Source of the DNA: Actinomycetota bacterium
GTDB lineage: Bacteria > Actinomycetota > Actinomycetes > Actinomycetales > Microbacteriaceae
Assembly (NCBI GenBank): GCA_041181555.1
Contig: JBEGPH010000001.1
Span: 4,040 to 68,039 of the forward strand
Length of the DNA stretch: 64,000 nt
Direction of reading: 5' to 3'
Shown here: piece by piece, positions 53,243-63,869 of the stretch
Layout: each line of letters opens with the position of its first letter
Position numbering within the stretch: position 1 is the stretch's first letter
Position numbers and translations under genes: made by a program
Notes under the pieces: model-generated
What the model was told of the DNA's origin: nothing
The model's database searches: none
What the model saw: only the letters and a program-made list of their open reading frames with translations

Positions 53243-53262
53243 TTTCCCTTAGGCTTTATCCC

Positions 53263-53967
53263 ATGGCAAAAAACGCTCAGAAACCAGCACGTCAACCTTC
53301 TCGCTTCGTTCAGGTAGTCAAGGTACTAGCCAAGACCGCTAGAGATGACAAGAGCGCACTCGCTTGGTCGGTACTTTCGTTCGTTGGCCTTTTGAGCATC
53401 GGACTTTTGGTTGCCAACATCGTGGCACCTGGACAAACCGCTGGAGCAATTCTTTGGGGTGTTACCGGTGCAATCGCAGGCCTATTGGGCGCGATGATCA
53501 TTCTTTCTCAGCGAGCTCAGGCTGTAATTCTCGCCGGCTACGAAGGTCAGCCTGGAGCAACCGGAGCAGTCCTACAGCAGGCCTTGCGACGGGGTTGGAG
53601 ATTTAGTGAGATGCCTGTTCACGTCAGCCCAAAGACCCAAGAAATGGTTTTTCGTGCGGTTGGCCCTGGTGGTGTGGTTCTTATCGGTGAAGGTTTCTCA
53701 AGAGCGCGTGTTCAGCAAATCACCGAGGACGAGCGCCGCAAGGTGGCGCGCATCGCTCCGGGTGTTACCACTCACGTTTTCTATGTGATCCCAAATGACC
53801 CTGAAGCGATCAAGCTGGCAAAGCTCGGTTCGAAAATCCTCAAACTCAAGCGTGCACTTAACCGCTCAGAGGTTTCGGTGGTAGCCAAGCGCCTTGAATC
53901 CATTGGGCTTAACATCCCTGTTCCAAAGGGAATTGATCCGCGCAATATGCGCATGCCACGCCGCTAA
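53263..53967 (+). CDS. DUF4191 membrane protein
   Basis: Two TM helices, EGQPGA, RAVGPGGVVLIGEG, PKGIDP; lipA-glnA context. Confidence 0.88.
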   Translation: MAKNAQKPARQPSRFVQVVKVLAKTARDDKSALAWSVLSFVGLLSIGLLVANIVAPGQTAGAILWGVTGAIAGLLGAMIILSQRAQAVILAGYEGQPGATGAVLQQALRRGWRFSEMPVHVSPKTQEMVFRAVGPGGVVLIGEGFSRARVQQITEDERRKVARIAPGVTTHVFYVIPNDPEAIKLAKLGSKILKLKRALNRSEVSVVAKRLESIGLNIPVPKGIDPRNMRMPRR

Positions 53968-53991
53968 AGGCGGTTTTGGCCGACACAAGGT

Positions 53992-54045
53992 TTTACATCG
54001 GCGTAACATTTTCGGCGCTTTCGGGCTTATTGCCAAAGGTAGACT
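53992..54045 (+). promoter_or_regulatory. Putative GlnR box and -10 element of glnA
   Basis: TTTAC-ATCGGC-GTAAC at 53992-54007 (AC-n9-AC); TAGACT at 54040-54045. Confidence 0.65.
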
Positions 54046-54081
54046 TTTCCCGTAAACCACCTTTTGAAAGGGAAATACCCT

Positions 54082-55521
54082 ATGTCTAACCACCCTAAGT
54101 TCAAGTCAGCTTCAGAGGTCGTCAAGTTCATCAAGGACGAAGACGTTAAGTTCCTTGACGTGCGCTTCACCGACCTTCCTGGTGTTCAGCAGCACTTCAA
54201 CCTACCTGCAGCAATGATCGACGAAGAGTTCTTCATCGACGGTCAGCTATTCGATGGTTCATCGATCCGCGGTTTCGCATCGATTCACGAATCAGATATG
54301 CAGTTGATTCCTGACGTAACCACCGCTTACCTTGACGCTTTCCGCGTTGAGAAGACCTTGGTTATGTTGTTCGACATTTACAACCCTCGCAATGGCGAGA
54401 TCTACGCAAAGGACCCACGTCAGGTTGCTAAGAAGGCTGAGGCTTACCTAGCCAGCACCGGCATTGCTGACACCGCGTTCTTCGCACCAGAAGCAGAATT
54501 CTTCATCTTCGACGACGTTCGCTACGAATACAAGCAGAACAGCTCGATGCACTTCATCGATTCAAGCGAAGCAGCATGGAACTCAGGACGTAAGGAAGAA
54601 GGCGGAAACCTCGCCAACAAGACTCCTTACAAGGGTGGTTACTTCCCTGTTGCTCCAGTTGACCAGCACGCCGATATGCGCGACCAGATCGTTCTCGAGC
54701 TTGAAGCTGCTGGCCTTGCAGTCGAGCGCAGCCACCACGAGGTTGGTACCGCTGGCCAGGGTGAAATTAACTACCGCTTCGACACTTTGGTGCACGCAGC
54801 AGATGACATCTTGAAGTTCAAGTACATCGTCAAGAACGTTGCGCACCAGTTCGGTAAGACCGCAACCTTTATGCCAAAGCCACTGTTCGGTGACAACGGT
54901 TCAGGTATGCACGTTCACCAGTCGCTCTGGAAAGATGGCAAGCCGTTGTTCTACGATGAGTCAGGCTACGGCGGTCTTTCAGACCTAGCACGTTGGTACA
55001 TCGGTGGAATCTTGAAGCACGCACCATCACTTCTAGCGTGGACAAACCCATCGGTAAACAGCTACCACCGCTTGGTACCTGGTTTTGAAGCTCCGGTAAA
55101 CCTTGTTTACTCAGCAGGTAACCGCTCAGCTGCGATTCGTATCCCGATGACCGGAACCAACCCGAAGGCTAAGCGTATTGAGTTCCGTGCGCCAGATGCT
55201 TCATCGAACCCATACCTCGCCTTCGCAGCGATGCTGATGGCTGGCCTTGACGGTATCAAGAACCGCATTGAGCCACACGCACCGGTAGACAAGGACCTCT
55301 ACGAGCTACCACCCGAGGAAGCAAAGCTAATCCCTCAGGTACCAGGCAGCCTAGAGCTAGTTCTTCAGGCACTAGAGGCAGACCACGACTACCTACTTGC
55401 TGGCGACGTATTCACCAAGGACCTCATTGAAACTTGGATCGACTACAAGCGCACCAAGGAAATTCAGCCGATTGCACTTCGTCCTCACCCATACGAGTTC
55501 GAGCTTTACTACGGCGTGTAA
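54082..55521 (+). CDS. glnA: Glutamine synthetase I (GSI-beta)
   Basis: [30 protein letters not shown], adenylylation site DLYEL; ATG 54082 after AAAGGGA. Confidence 0.97.
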   Translation: MSNHPKFKSASEVVKFIKDEDVKFLDVRFTDLPGVQQHFNLPAAMIDEEFFIDGQLFDGSSIRGFASIHESDMQLIPDVTTAYLDAFRVEKTLVMLFDIYNPRNGEIYAKDPRQVAKKAEAYLASTGIADTAFFAPEAEFFIFDDVRYEYKQNSSMHFIDSSEAAWNSGRKEEGGNLANKTPYKGGYFPVAPVDQHADMRDQIVLELEAAGLAVERSHHEVGTAGQGEINYRFDTLVHAADDILKFKYIVKNVAHQFGKTATFMPKPLFGDNGSGMHVHQSLWKDGKPLFYDESGYGGLSDLARWYIGGILKHAPSLLAWTNPSVNSYHRLVPGFEAPVNLVYSAGNRSAAIRIPMTGTNPKAKRIEFRAPDASSNPYLAFAAMLMAGLDGIKNRIEPHAPVDKDLYELPPEEAKLIPQVPGSLELVLQALEADHDYLLAGDVFTKDLIETWIDYKRTKEIQPIALRPHPYEFELYYGV

Positions 55522-55530
55522 TAAGTCAAG

Positions 55531-55565
55531 AAAAGAGGCCCGCAGAAATGTGGGCCTCTTTTTTT
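55531..55565. terminator. Bidirectional terminator between glnA and glnE
   Basis: AAAAGAGGCCCGCA-GAAA-TGTGGGCCTCTTTTTTT. Confidence 0.9.
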
Positions 55566-58524
55566 ATGCAAAGAACAGGCGTTCAAACACCATACGAGCG
55601 CGACGAGTAAAGGACAGATAATCCTCTTCGAGTTGCGTTGCACTGTGCGGCGGGTACTCCAGTATTCGGGCTAGCCCCTCAAGTTGGCGACGGTCGGTAG
55701 GCAGTACATCGGTTCGTTTATTAGCCCAGAGAACACTCGCGGATCGCACACGCGAGGCTAGAACCCAGGCTTCAATCAAAACGCGGGCGTCATGTTCCTC
55801 AATGATTTTTTCTGCGACCATCGCATTGAGTGCATCTATCGTGCGAGGAGTTCGGATAGCCGGGTGTTCGGCGCCAAACTTTAGCTGATAAAGCTGAACC
55901 AACCATTCAACGTCGCTTAGTGAACCTCTGCCGAGCTTAAGGTGCCGTTTCGGATCTGCGCCCTGAGGTAAGCGCTCACTCTCGACACGAGCTTTTATTC
56001 TGCGAATCTCAGTGATGGCACTCTGCTGCAAAACTTTTGGATAGCGGTACTTGTCGATGATTTCCAGAAACGCCGTTCTCAAATGTTCACTTCCGGCGAT
56101 AATGCGAGCACGAAGAAGGGCCTGAGCTTCCCAGGTATCGGACCATCGTTCATAGTAGGCAAGATAGGAATCGACCGAGCGGACCACTGCTCCATTCTTA
56201 CCTTCAGGCCGCAAGTCATTATCAATTTCAAATTCGAGAATTGGATCTGCCGTTAGGCGCTTTAGTTCCGAAACAACTCGTTCGGCTTGCTTTTGAACTT
56301 GGTCTACGTTTTGCCCCTCGCCTACTGCATAAGTGAACATTACGTCGGCGTCCGAACCGAATCCGAGTTCCTCCCCTCCAAACCTACCCATGGCGATAAT
56401 CCCAAAGTCCACTCCAGACTCCAAGCCATCCAAAACAAGAGCGAGCATTGACTGGAGGTATACCTCGGTGAGATCACTGAGCCCTTTAGACACTTGATTT
56501 ATGTCTAAATCGCCCAGTACCGCCCCGAGAGCAATTCTTAGAGTCTCTCTCCTGCGCACCTGCCTTATGGCATTCGCGGTCGTCTCGGAATCGTCATGAC
56601 GTGATGCAATTGCAGCCAATTCCTGATGCAGATCATTAGCAGACACCGGCTGCAACTCCGTTGGGTTTTCAAACCAGGCCGCAGCCTCAGGGATGCGCTC
56701 GAAAAGTGCCGTGGCGAGTTTGCTATTGCCCAAAACCTGAGTCATTCGCTCGGCTGCGCCGGTAGAGTCCCGAAGCATTCGCAAATACCAGTGCGACTCC
56801 CCCAGATCCTCAGATAACCGCCTGAAGGCCAGTAGTGCGGAATCTGGATCAGTGCCCTGAGAGAACCACTGCAGTAATACCGGTAACAACTGCCTCTGAA
56901 TTGCTGCTCTGCGAGATAGTCCGTTGGTGAGCGCAGCAATGTGAGTGAGCGCCCCCTTTGGATCCATAAATCCAATTGCCGATAGGCGGTCTTGAGCCTG
57001 CGCGGATGAAAGTTCAAGAGTGCTGTCTTCCAACTTGGCGACAGCACTTAGCAAAGGTCGGTAGAAAAGTCTTTGGTGCAAGCCACGGACTTCGAGTTTC
57101 ACTGACTCCCACCGTGCAGTCAGCGACTCGGCATTCTCTTTCACATTAACCGCGCGAGCCAAGGCACGTCTTGCTGTCTCTGAAGTAGGCATCAAGTGTG
57201 TTCTGCGCATTTGCGACATTTGAATGCGATGTTCAAGCAATCTCAAAAATCTATAGTGAGACGCAAAAGCGTTGGCCTCGCTTCGACCGATGTATCCACC
57301 TATCGATAGGGCCTGAATTGCATTCATGGTGTCTCGGTGTCGCAAGGATTCGTCTGTGCGGCCGTGCACCAACTGCAAGAGCTGAACAGTGAATTCAATA
57401 TCCCTAAGTCCACCCGGACCAAGTTTTATCTGAAGATCAATCTCGTTTGCGGGAATGTGCTCGGTTACTCGCTCTCGCATTCTTTGCGCTGATTCAACGA
57501 AATTTTCTCGCGATGCCGACGCCCAAACCTTTGGCGCGAGAGCCGCAACGTAACGTTGGCCGAGCTCCTGGTCGCCGGCTACGGGCCTAGCCTTGAGGAG
57601 TGCTTGGAATTCCCAGCTCTGCGCCCAGCGGTCGTAATAGGCAACATGAGACTCCAAGGTACGGACCAACGCACCGCTCTTTCCTTCTGGACGAAGATTT
57701 GGATCTACCTGCCAAAGCATTGCCTCAGGAGCATTGCCGTCCATGGCTCGCATCATTCGAGTGGCTAATTTAGTAGCAATTTCAACTGCTCTGTCACTTT
57801 CCAGAGACGGACTGCCCGATTCAGCAACATAAATCACATCGACGTCGCTGATGTAGTTGAGCTCGCGTGCCCCGCACTTACCCATTGCGATTACGGCAAA
57901 CTTGGTCTGATCTATCTCGTCAGCACTGAAAGAACCAAACTCAGTGGAACGCTTCAATTCTGTTCTAGCAACTTTGATGCCTGCCTCAAGTGCCGCACCC
58001 GCTAAATCGGCAAGCGCTGCTGCAACAACAGGCACACCAGATTCGACATCAGGTTGATTCAAGTCAAAAATCGCAACTTGCAACAACTCCTGACGATATT
58101 GCAAACGCAAAGCTGACCAAACCGCGGTCACCTCGAAATCAGAAGAAAGCAACGGCTCCAAAGAATTGAGGAGCGATTGGTTGAATTCGCTTGAGCTTTT
58201 TACCGAAGTAATCGGTTTTTCAAAGTGGATCAGAAACTCGGGTTTACGTCTGACTAAATCTGCAAGGGCTTCCGATGCACCAAGAAGTAAACAGAGGCGA
58301 GTCGCAGAATCTTCTTTGTTGAGTAGTCTTTTTACCTTTGCCTTGTCGATCTCGGCCAGAGTGAGCAAATAATTTAGCGCCTGATCTGGATTCGCCGATT
58401 TTGCCAAACTTGCAAGTGAAACTCGGCCGGCATCGCCAACTAATTTAACGAGTTGATCAAGTTTGTTCAGGGTTCCAGATAAATCTGTGAACCCAAATCG
58501 GGCTAGTTCGGATAGACCGGACAC
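55564..58524 (-). CDS. glnE: Glutamine synthetase adenylyltransferase
   Basis: Two nucleotidyltransferase domains (MGKCGARELNYISDVD; MGRFGGEELGFGSDAD), LRPEGK twice; start probably GTG 58524. Confidence 0.95.
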   Translation of the reverse strand: MSGLSELARFGFTDLSGTLNKLDQLVKLVGDAGRVSLASLAKSANPDQALNYLLTLAEIDKAKVKRLLNKEDSATRLCLLLGASEALADLVRRKPEFLIHFEKPITSVKSSSEFNQSLLNSLEPLLSSDFEVTAVWSALRLQYRQELLQVAIFDLNQPDVESGVPVVAAALADLAGAALEAGIKVARTELKRSTEFGSFSADEIDQTKFAVIAMGKCGARELNYISDVDVIYVAESGSPSLESDRAVEIATKLATRMMRAMDGNAPEAMLWQVDPNLRPEGKSGALVRTLESHVAYYDRWAQSWEFQALLKARPVAGDQELGQRYVAALAPKVWASASRENFVESAQRMRERVTEHIPANEIDLQIKLGPGGLRDIEFTVQLLQLVHGRTDESLRHRDTMNAIQALSIGGYIGRSEANAFASHYRFLRLLEHRIQMSQMRRTHLMPTSETARRALARAVNVKENAESLTARWESVKLEVRGLHQRLFYRPLLSAVAKLEDSTLELSSAQAQDRLSAIGFMDPKGALTHIAALTNGLSRRAAIQRQLLPVLLQWFSQGTDPDSALLAFRRLSEDLGESHWYLRMLRDSTGAAERMTQVLGNSKLATALFERIPEAAAWFENPTELQPVSANDLHQELAAIASRHDDSETTANAIRQVRRRETLRIALGAVLGDLDINQVSKGLSDLTEVYLQSMLALVLDGLESGVDFGIIAMGRFGGEELGFGSDADVMFTYAVGEGQNVDQVQKQAERVVSELKRLTADPILEFEIDNDLRPEGKNGAVVRSVDSYLAYYERWSDTWEAQALLRARIIAGSEHLRTAFLEIIDKYRYPKVLQQSAITEIRRIKARVESERLPQGADPKRHLKLGRGSLSDVEWLVQLYQLKFGAEHPAIRTPRTIDALNAMVAEKIIEEHDARVLIEAWVLASRVRSASVLWANKRTDVLPTDRRQLEGLARILEYPPHSATQLEEDYLSFTRRARMVFERLFFA

Positions 58525-58532
58525 TTGAGTGC

Positions 58533-59870
58533 TTAGAGAACTTCGAAGTTTTGCTTCAGCTCGTAAGGAGTGACCTGTGACCGATACTCGGCCCACTCTC
58601 GGCGCTTATTGGCCAGTACGTAGCTGAACACTTCTTCGCCAAGAGTTTCCGCGGCAAGCTCCGACTCTTCGAGCTTGCGGATGGCATGCTCAAGACTCTG
58701 AGGGAGAGCCTGGATACCCATTGCGCGTCGTTCTGCGTCGTTTAGCGACCAAACGTCATCTTCCGTCTCTGCTGGTAGCTCGTATTCCTCTTCGATTCCC
58801 TTGAGACCGGCAGAAAGAATTAGCGCGTAAGCCAGGTACGGGTTCGCTGCTGAGTCGATTGCTCGGTACTCGATTCGTGATGAATTGCCCTTGTTCGGCT
58901 TGTAAAGCGGAACTCGGATTAGAGCTGATCGGTTGTTGTGACCCCAGCAAACGAATGATGGAGCCTCACCGCCACCCCAGAGACGCTTGTACGAATTAAC
59001 GTATTGGTTGGTAACCGCTGTGATTTCAGGGGCGTGACGCAACAGGCCGGCGATAAAGTGTTTCGCGGTCTTGCTCAAGTGATATTGAGAACCAGGCTCG
59101 AAGAATGCGTTGGTGTCACCTTCAAAAAGTGACATGTGGGTGTGCATGCCAGAACCAGGGTGTTCGGTGAATGGCTTTGGCATGAATGTGGCGTAAACGC
59201 CCTGCTCGATTGCAACTTCCTTAATTACTGTGCGGAAGGTCATGATGTTGTCTGCCATGGTCAACGCATCGGCATAGCGAAGATCGATTTCGTTCTGTCC
59301 AGGACCACCCTCGTGGTGGCTGAACTCGACCGAGATACCAAGTTGTTCCAACATCGATACAGCACGACGTCGGAAGTCGTGAGCTGTGCCGCCTGGCACA
59401 TTATCGAAGTAACCGGCCTTGTCTACTGGAATCGGCCCCTCTGGACCGATCTGCGAAGACTTTAGGAGGTAGAACTCAATCTCAGGGTGTATGTAAAAAG
59501 AGAAACCCTTGTCTGATGCTTTAGCGAGTGCACGACGAAGCACGTTGCGAGGATCAGCGGCCGCCGGTGCTCCGTCTGGAGTTTGAATGTCGCAGAACAT
59601 GCGTGCGGTTGGGTCAATCTCGCCGCGCCATGGAAGAATTTGGAAAGTACTTGGGTCAGGCAACGCCAACATGTCAGCTTCGTAGGTTCTAGCGAGTCCT
59701 TCGATTGCCGAACCGTCAAAGCCCAAACCCTCGGCGAATGCGCCTTCAACCTCAGCCGGTGCGATAGCCACTGACTTTAGGGTTCCAGCAACGTCGGTGA
59801 ACCACAATCTGATGAACTTGACGCCACGTTCCTCGATAGTTCTGAGCACAAAATCGCGCTGCTTATCCAT
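58533..59870 (-). CDS. glnA2: GlnA2 (GSI-alpha glutamine synthetase-like)
   Basis: MDKQRDFVLRTIEER, FDGSAIEG, HHEGGPGQ; lacks the adenylylation Tyr; upstream of glnE. Confidence 0.92.
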   Translation of the reverse strand: MDKQRDFVLRTIEERGVKFIRLWFTDVAGTLKSVAIAPAEVEGAFAEGLGFDGSAIEGLARTYEADMLALPDPSTFQILPWRGEIDPTARMFCDIQTPDGAPAAADPRNVLRRALAKASDKGFSFYIHPEIEFYLLKSSQIGPEGPIPVDKAGYFDNVPGGTAHDFRRRAVSMLEQLGISVEFSHHEGGPGQNEIDLRYADALTMADNIMTFRTVIKEVAIEQGVYATFMPKPFTEHPGSGMHTHMSLFEGDTNAFFEPGSQYHLSKTAKHFIAGLLRHAPEITAVTNQYVNSYKRLWGGGEAPSFVCWGHNNRSALIRVPLYKPNKGNSSRIEYRAIDSAANPYLAYALILSAGLKGIEEEYELPAETEDDVWSLNDAERRAMGIQALPQSLEHAIRKLEESELAAETLGEEVFSYVLANKRREWAEYRSQVTPYELKQNFEVL

Positions 59871-59909
59871 CGGGTTTTCCTCTCTCTGCCTGCTATTAGG
59901 CTAGTCGCT

Positions 59910-61562
59910 ATGGCCCCAATTCGCATTGCTCTAGCCCAAACCAACCCGGTTGTGGGCGATTTGAAGGGCAACCTGCACCATTGCCGAGAAGCGGTAGCCA
60001 AAGCCGCCGAACAGGGTGCAGCAATTGTGGTTTTTGGCGAAATGGTGACCTCGGGATACCCGATTGAAGATTTGGCCGCCCGCGAAAGTTTTCTCAATGA
60101 TTCAGTTCAGGCCGTCAAAGATTTTGCGATGGAATTGAATGAAGCCGGATTTGGCGCACATGTGGTCGTGCTGGGAACTCCTGCGATTGTGGCTGCCGAG
60201 CACAGAAGCCCTTGGGCTATCGCCCAGAATGCCGCGGTAATAATTCGCGAGGGAAAAGTATGGGCGGGCTATGCCAAGCACCACCTGCCTAACTACTCAG
60301 TATTCGATGAGTACCGCAATTTCGTTCCGGGTGACCAGAGCATCAACTTTGAACTTGAAAATCTAAAGTTCTCGCTCCTTATCTGCGAAGACATTTGGCA
60401 ATCGGGCGGTCCGGTGGCCCGTCTTTCAGAAGATAAAGCAGATATCGCGCTGGTACTTAACGGTTCTCCATTCGAAATCGACAAAGATGATCGTCGAGTT
60501 GAATTGGTCAAAAAACTGTCAAAAGATCAAAATGTCGCAGTGGCATACGTCAATCTAGTTGGCGGCCAAGACGACTTGGTATTCGATGGCGATAGTTTCG
60601 TAGTCGACGCAAACCAGAATCTAATCGGACGCGCTGCGCAGTTCGAGCCCGGCCTGATGCTTTTTGATATTGAATCAAAAACTCAAATTACTGCCGTCAC
60701 TCCAAGCGCACAACACAAGCAAGACGATCACTGGCAAATTTGGAACGCTCTCGTTCTCGGTCTGCGTGACTACGTAAACAAAAATGGATTTAAATCAGTA
60801 ATTCTCGGACTAAGCGGCGGTATTGATTCAGCGGTTTGTGCAGCCATCGCCGTTGACGCCATCGGAGCTCATCGAGTCTTTGGTGTTTCCATGCCAAGCA
60901 AGTTTTCTTCGGATCACTCAAAGAGTGACGCATTCGACTTAGCCAAGAGGCTCGGAATTAACATTCGCACGGAGCCAATCAAGGGTGCAGTCAAAGAGCT
61001 CGAGAGACAACTCAAATTAAAGGATCTCTCTGCTGAAAACCTTCAGGCTCGTGTTCGAGGCACAATTTTGATGTCGCTCAGCAATCTGGAGGGACACCTC
61101 ACACTCACCACTGGCAATAAAACAGAACTCGCAGTTGGTTACAGCACGATTTACGGAGATTCCGTGGGTGGCTTTGCTCCAATCAAAGATGTCGCCAAGA
61201 CTCTGGTTTGGGAGCTCGCCAAGTGGCGAAATGCCCAAGCGGTAGCCGAGGGCGCAAAACCACCAATTCCTGAGAACAGCATTAGCAAGCCGCCTTCTGC
61301 GGAGCTTCGCCCAGGCCAAGTAGACCAGGACAGCCTTCCCGACTATGCGGTTCTGGATGAAATTTTGAGTGCATATCTGGAACGCCGTCTAGGCGCTAGC
61401 GAAATCAAGAGTCTCGGCTTTGATCCCGACACAGTGGAACGAGTCATTTCTCTAGTAGATCGCGCCGAATGGAAACGGCGTCAAGGTGCAATCGGCCCAA
61501 AAATTACCGGTATGGCTTTCGGTCGCGACCGCAGGCTACCTATCACTAATAAGTACAAGTAG
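59910..61562 (+). CDS. nadE: Glutamine-dependent NAD+ synthetase
   Basis: Nitrilase domain (E, K, ICEDIW) plus SGGIDSA, NLQAR, PSAEL. Confidence 0.95.
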   Translation: MAPIRIALAQTNPVVGDLKGNLHHCREAVAKAAEQGAAIVVFGEMVTSGYPIEDLAARESFLNDSVQAVKDFAMELNEAGFGAHVVVLGTPAIVAAEHRSPWAIAQNAAVIIREGKVWAGYAKHHLPNYSVFDEYRNFVPGDQSINFELENLKFSLLICEDIWQSGGPVARLSEDKADIALVLNGSPFEIDKDDRRVELVKKLSKDQNVAVAYVNLVGGQDDLVFDGDSFVVDANQNLIGRAAQFEPGLMLFDIESKTQITAVTPSAQHKQDDHWQIWNALVLGLRDYVNKNGFKSVILGLSGGIDSAVCAAIAVDAIGAHRVFGVSMPSKFSSDHSKSDAFDLAKRLGINIRTEPIKGAVKELERQLKLKDLSAENLQARVRGTILMSLSNLEGHLTLTTGNKTELAVGYSTIYGDSVGGFAPIKDVAKTLVWELAKWRNAQAVAEGAKPPIPENSISKPPSAELRPGQVDQDSLPDYAVLDEILSAYLERRLGASEIKSLGFDPDTVERVISLVDRAEWKRRQGAIGPKITGMAFGRDRRLPITNKYK

Positions 61563-61574
61563 AACGGAAACAAA

Positions 61575-61967
61575 GTGGCGGCAGACAAGCTAATTTCAAG
61601 CGGCGGACCATGGGAATCAAAAATTGGCTACTCGCGCGCGACAGTAGCAGGTGAATACGTTCACGTTTCTGGTTCGACCGCAACTGTCGATGGTGTTCTG
61701 CAACACGAGGGTGACGCCTACGGTCAAACTAAGACTGCATTAGAAGTCGTCATCGCAGGTGCTCTCGCTCAGGCAGGCTACGAACTAAAAGATGTTGTCC
61801 GCTCACGAGTTTATTTAACCAATGCAGAAGACATGGATGAAGCTGGTCGTGCTCACGGTGAAATTTTCGGCGAGATTCGACCTGCACTGACAATCCTTGC
61901 TGGCGTGAAATTCATCAACCCAGCGATGCTGGTTGAAATTGAAGTTGATGCATGGAAGCGCGGTTAG
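61575..61967 (+). CDS. Rid (YjgF/YER057c/UK114) family protein
   Basis: WE..IGYSRA, VSGST, LVEIE; PALT in place of the Arg-bearing RidA PAR motif. Confidence 0.88.
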   Translation: MAADKLISSGGPWESKIGYSRATVAGEYVHVSGSTATVDGVLQHEGDAYGQTKTALEVVIAGALAQAGYELKDVVRSRVYLTNAEDMDEAGRAHGEIFGEIRPALTILAGVKFINPAMLVEIEVDAWKRG

Positions 61968-61970
61968 CCA

Positions 61971-62774
61971 ATGGCGAAGATTCCTCGAATTTCTCACCTC
62001 CAAGAATTCAAGAATTCGGGCGTCAAGTTTTCTTGCCTTACCTCCTATGATCAATTCACCGCGCAAATTTTTGACCAAGCCGGTGTAAACGTTCTCCTGG
62101 TTGGTGATTCGGCAGCAGAAAATCACCTCGGTCACGACAGCGTTTTAGCGATCACTGTGGATGAAATAATCCCAATCGGGCGCGCAGTAGCTAGGTCTGC
62201 AAAGAATTCCCTGGTAGTCGTAGACATGCCATTCGGTAGCTACGAAGCATCGGTTGAAGATGCAGTTCGAAACGCCACACAAATCATGAAGCAAACCGGT
62301 GCTGAAGCCGTAAAACTTGAAGGTGGGCGAAGAAGTGCCGAGCAAATTAAGGCGATTGTCCAAGCCGGAATTCCAGTAATGGGACACATCGGCTTTACCC
62401 CGCAAAGCGTTCATGCACTCGGAGGATTCAAGGTTCAGGGTCGCGGCGATAGCGCTGACGAAGTCATTGCCGAAGCCCATGCAGTCCAAGAGGCCGGTGC
62501 CTTTGCGGTTGTGCTTGAACTTGTACCCGCAGAGCTGGCAGCCAGAATCACAAGTGAACTTTCGATACCGACCATCGGGATCGGTGCCGGTTCATCAACT
62601 GATGGGCAAATATTGGTTTGGACAGACTTCGCTGGCCTATCGGATGGAAAGCCTCGCAAATTTGTGCGACGGTATCTGAATCTTCGTGAGCAACTAGCGG
62701 CAGCTGCTCAAAAATACGTCGCCGACGTAACATCACTGAATTTCCCTAACGAACAGGAATCCTTCGAGGACTAG
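61971..62774 (+). CDS. panB: 3-methyl-2-oxobutanoate hydroxymethyltransferase
   Basis: LTSYD, LVGDS, DMPFGSY, VKLEGG, HIGFTPQS, IGIGAG. Confidence 0.96.
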   Translation: MAKIPRISHLQEFKNSGVKFSCLTSYDQFTAQIFDQAGVNVLLVGDSAAENHLGHDSVLAITVDEIIPIGRAVARSAKNSLVVVDMPFGSYEASVEDAVRNATQIMKQTGAEAVKLEGGRRSAEQIKAIVQAGIPVMGHIGFTPQSVHALGGFKVQGRGDSADEVIAEAHAVQEAGAFAVVLELVPAELAARITSELSIPTIGIGAGSSTDGQILVWTDFAGLSDGKPRKFVRRYLNLREQLAAAAQKYVADVTSLNFPNEQESFED

Positions 62775-62959
62775 TCTTCTTGCTCGTCTTTGTCTCTCCA
62801 CTGTTTGGCTTTTTCAGCAAGAATTTCAAGTGCGCGCTGAGCATCTTCAAAGGAACTAAATGGGCCGATTCGGTAAACGGCAATTGACTGCTTGCCAACC
62901 TCGACTTGATTGGTTTTGGTGTTGAACCAGAATTCCTTTGGCTCTCGGCTGCCGGTCAT
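62771..62959 (-). CDS. Small conserved actinobacterial protein (62 aa)
   Basis: MTGSREPKEFWFNTKT..VE.G....RIGPF....A..W; typical neighbour of map. Confidence 0.75.
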   Translation of the reverse strand: MTGSREPKEFWFNTKTNQVEVGKQSIAVYRIGPFSSFEDAQRALEILAEKAKQWRDKDEQED

Positions 62960-62987
62960 AATGCACTCACACTCATAGACTAGAGCC

Positions 62988-63857
62988 ATGCCTCGCGACT
63001 CCAAGACCGGTTTTCTTACTCCAGGAGTCGTGTCATCGCTTCGATCAGTTCCCAAAGATATTGTTCGTCCTGAGTATGTTGGTAAACCAGCGCCAGCAAA
63101 GTACACCGAAGGCGACATTTGGGGTCCGACAGAAATCGAATTGATCAGGGCATCGGGAAAAATCGCCGCTCAAGCCATTGAATTGGTTGGTGAGCACTGC
63201 AAACCGGGTATAACCACCGATGAACTAGACCGAATTGGTCACGAGTTTCTGATTGCTAACGGCGCTTACCCTTCAGCCTTGCAATACCGCGGGTTTCCAA
63301 AATCAATCTGCACCTCGGTAAATGAAGTAATTTGTCACGGAATTCCTGATAACACAGAGCTTCAAGATGGCGACATCGTCAACATCGACATCACGGCTTA
63401 TAAAAACGGCTTTCACGGAGATAGCAACCAAACTTTCTTGGTTGGTGATGTCAAAGAAGAGGTAAAACTCCTGGTGGAAAGAACCAGAGAGTCGCTAAAT
63501 CGAGCTATAGCCGCCGTGGCTCCAGGGCGCCAAATAAACATAATTGGCAGGACAATTGAGGCATATGCCAAACGCTTCGGCTATGGAGTGGTTAGAGACT
63601 TCACAGGCCACGGAATTGGCAAGGCTTTTCACTCAGGTTTGGTTATCCCGCACTACGACGCTGCACCCCAGTACTCGACCGAAATGCAGGTGGGTATGGT
63701 TTTCACCATCGAGCCGATGTTGACCCTTGGCACTTACCAGTGGGACATGTGGCCAGACAACTGGACAGTGCTAACCAGAGACAAAAGTATTACCGCTCAA
63801 TTCGAACACACGCTGGTTGTCACTGAAACCGGCGCAGAAATACTGACCCTTCCATAA
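62988..63857 (+). CDS. map: Methionine aminopeptidase type I
   Basis: [37 protein letters not shown]. Confidence 0.97.
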   Translation: MPRDSKTGFLTPGVVSSLRSVPKDIVRPEYVGKPAPAKYTEGDIWGPTEIELIRASGKIAAQAIELVGEHCKPGITTDELDRIGHEFLIANGAYPSALQYRGFPKSICTSVNEVICHGIPDNTELQDGDIVNIDITAYKNGFHGDSNQTFLVGDVKEEVKLLVERTRESLNRAIAAVAPGRQINIIGRTIEAYAKRFGYGVVRDFTGHGIGKAFHSGLVIPHYDAAPQYSTEMQVGMVFTIEPMLTLGTYQWDMWPDNWTVLTRDKSITAQFEHTLVVTETGAEILTLP

Positions 63858-63869
63858 TCAGAGGACATC

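Noticed and set aside
54082-59870. Two glutamine synthetase genes flanking glnE
   Set aside because: Standard actinobacterial glnA1-glnE-glnA2 arrangement.
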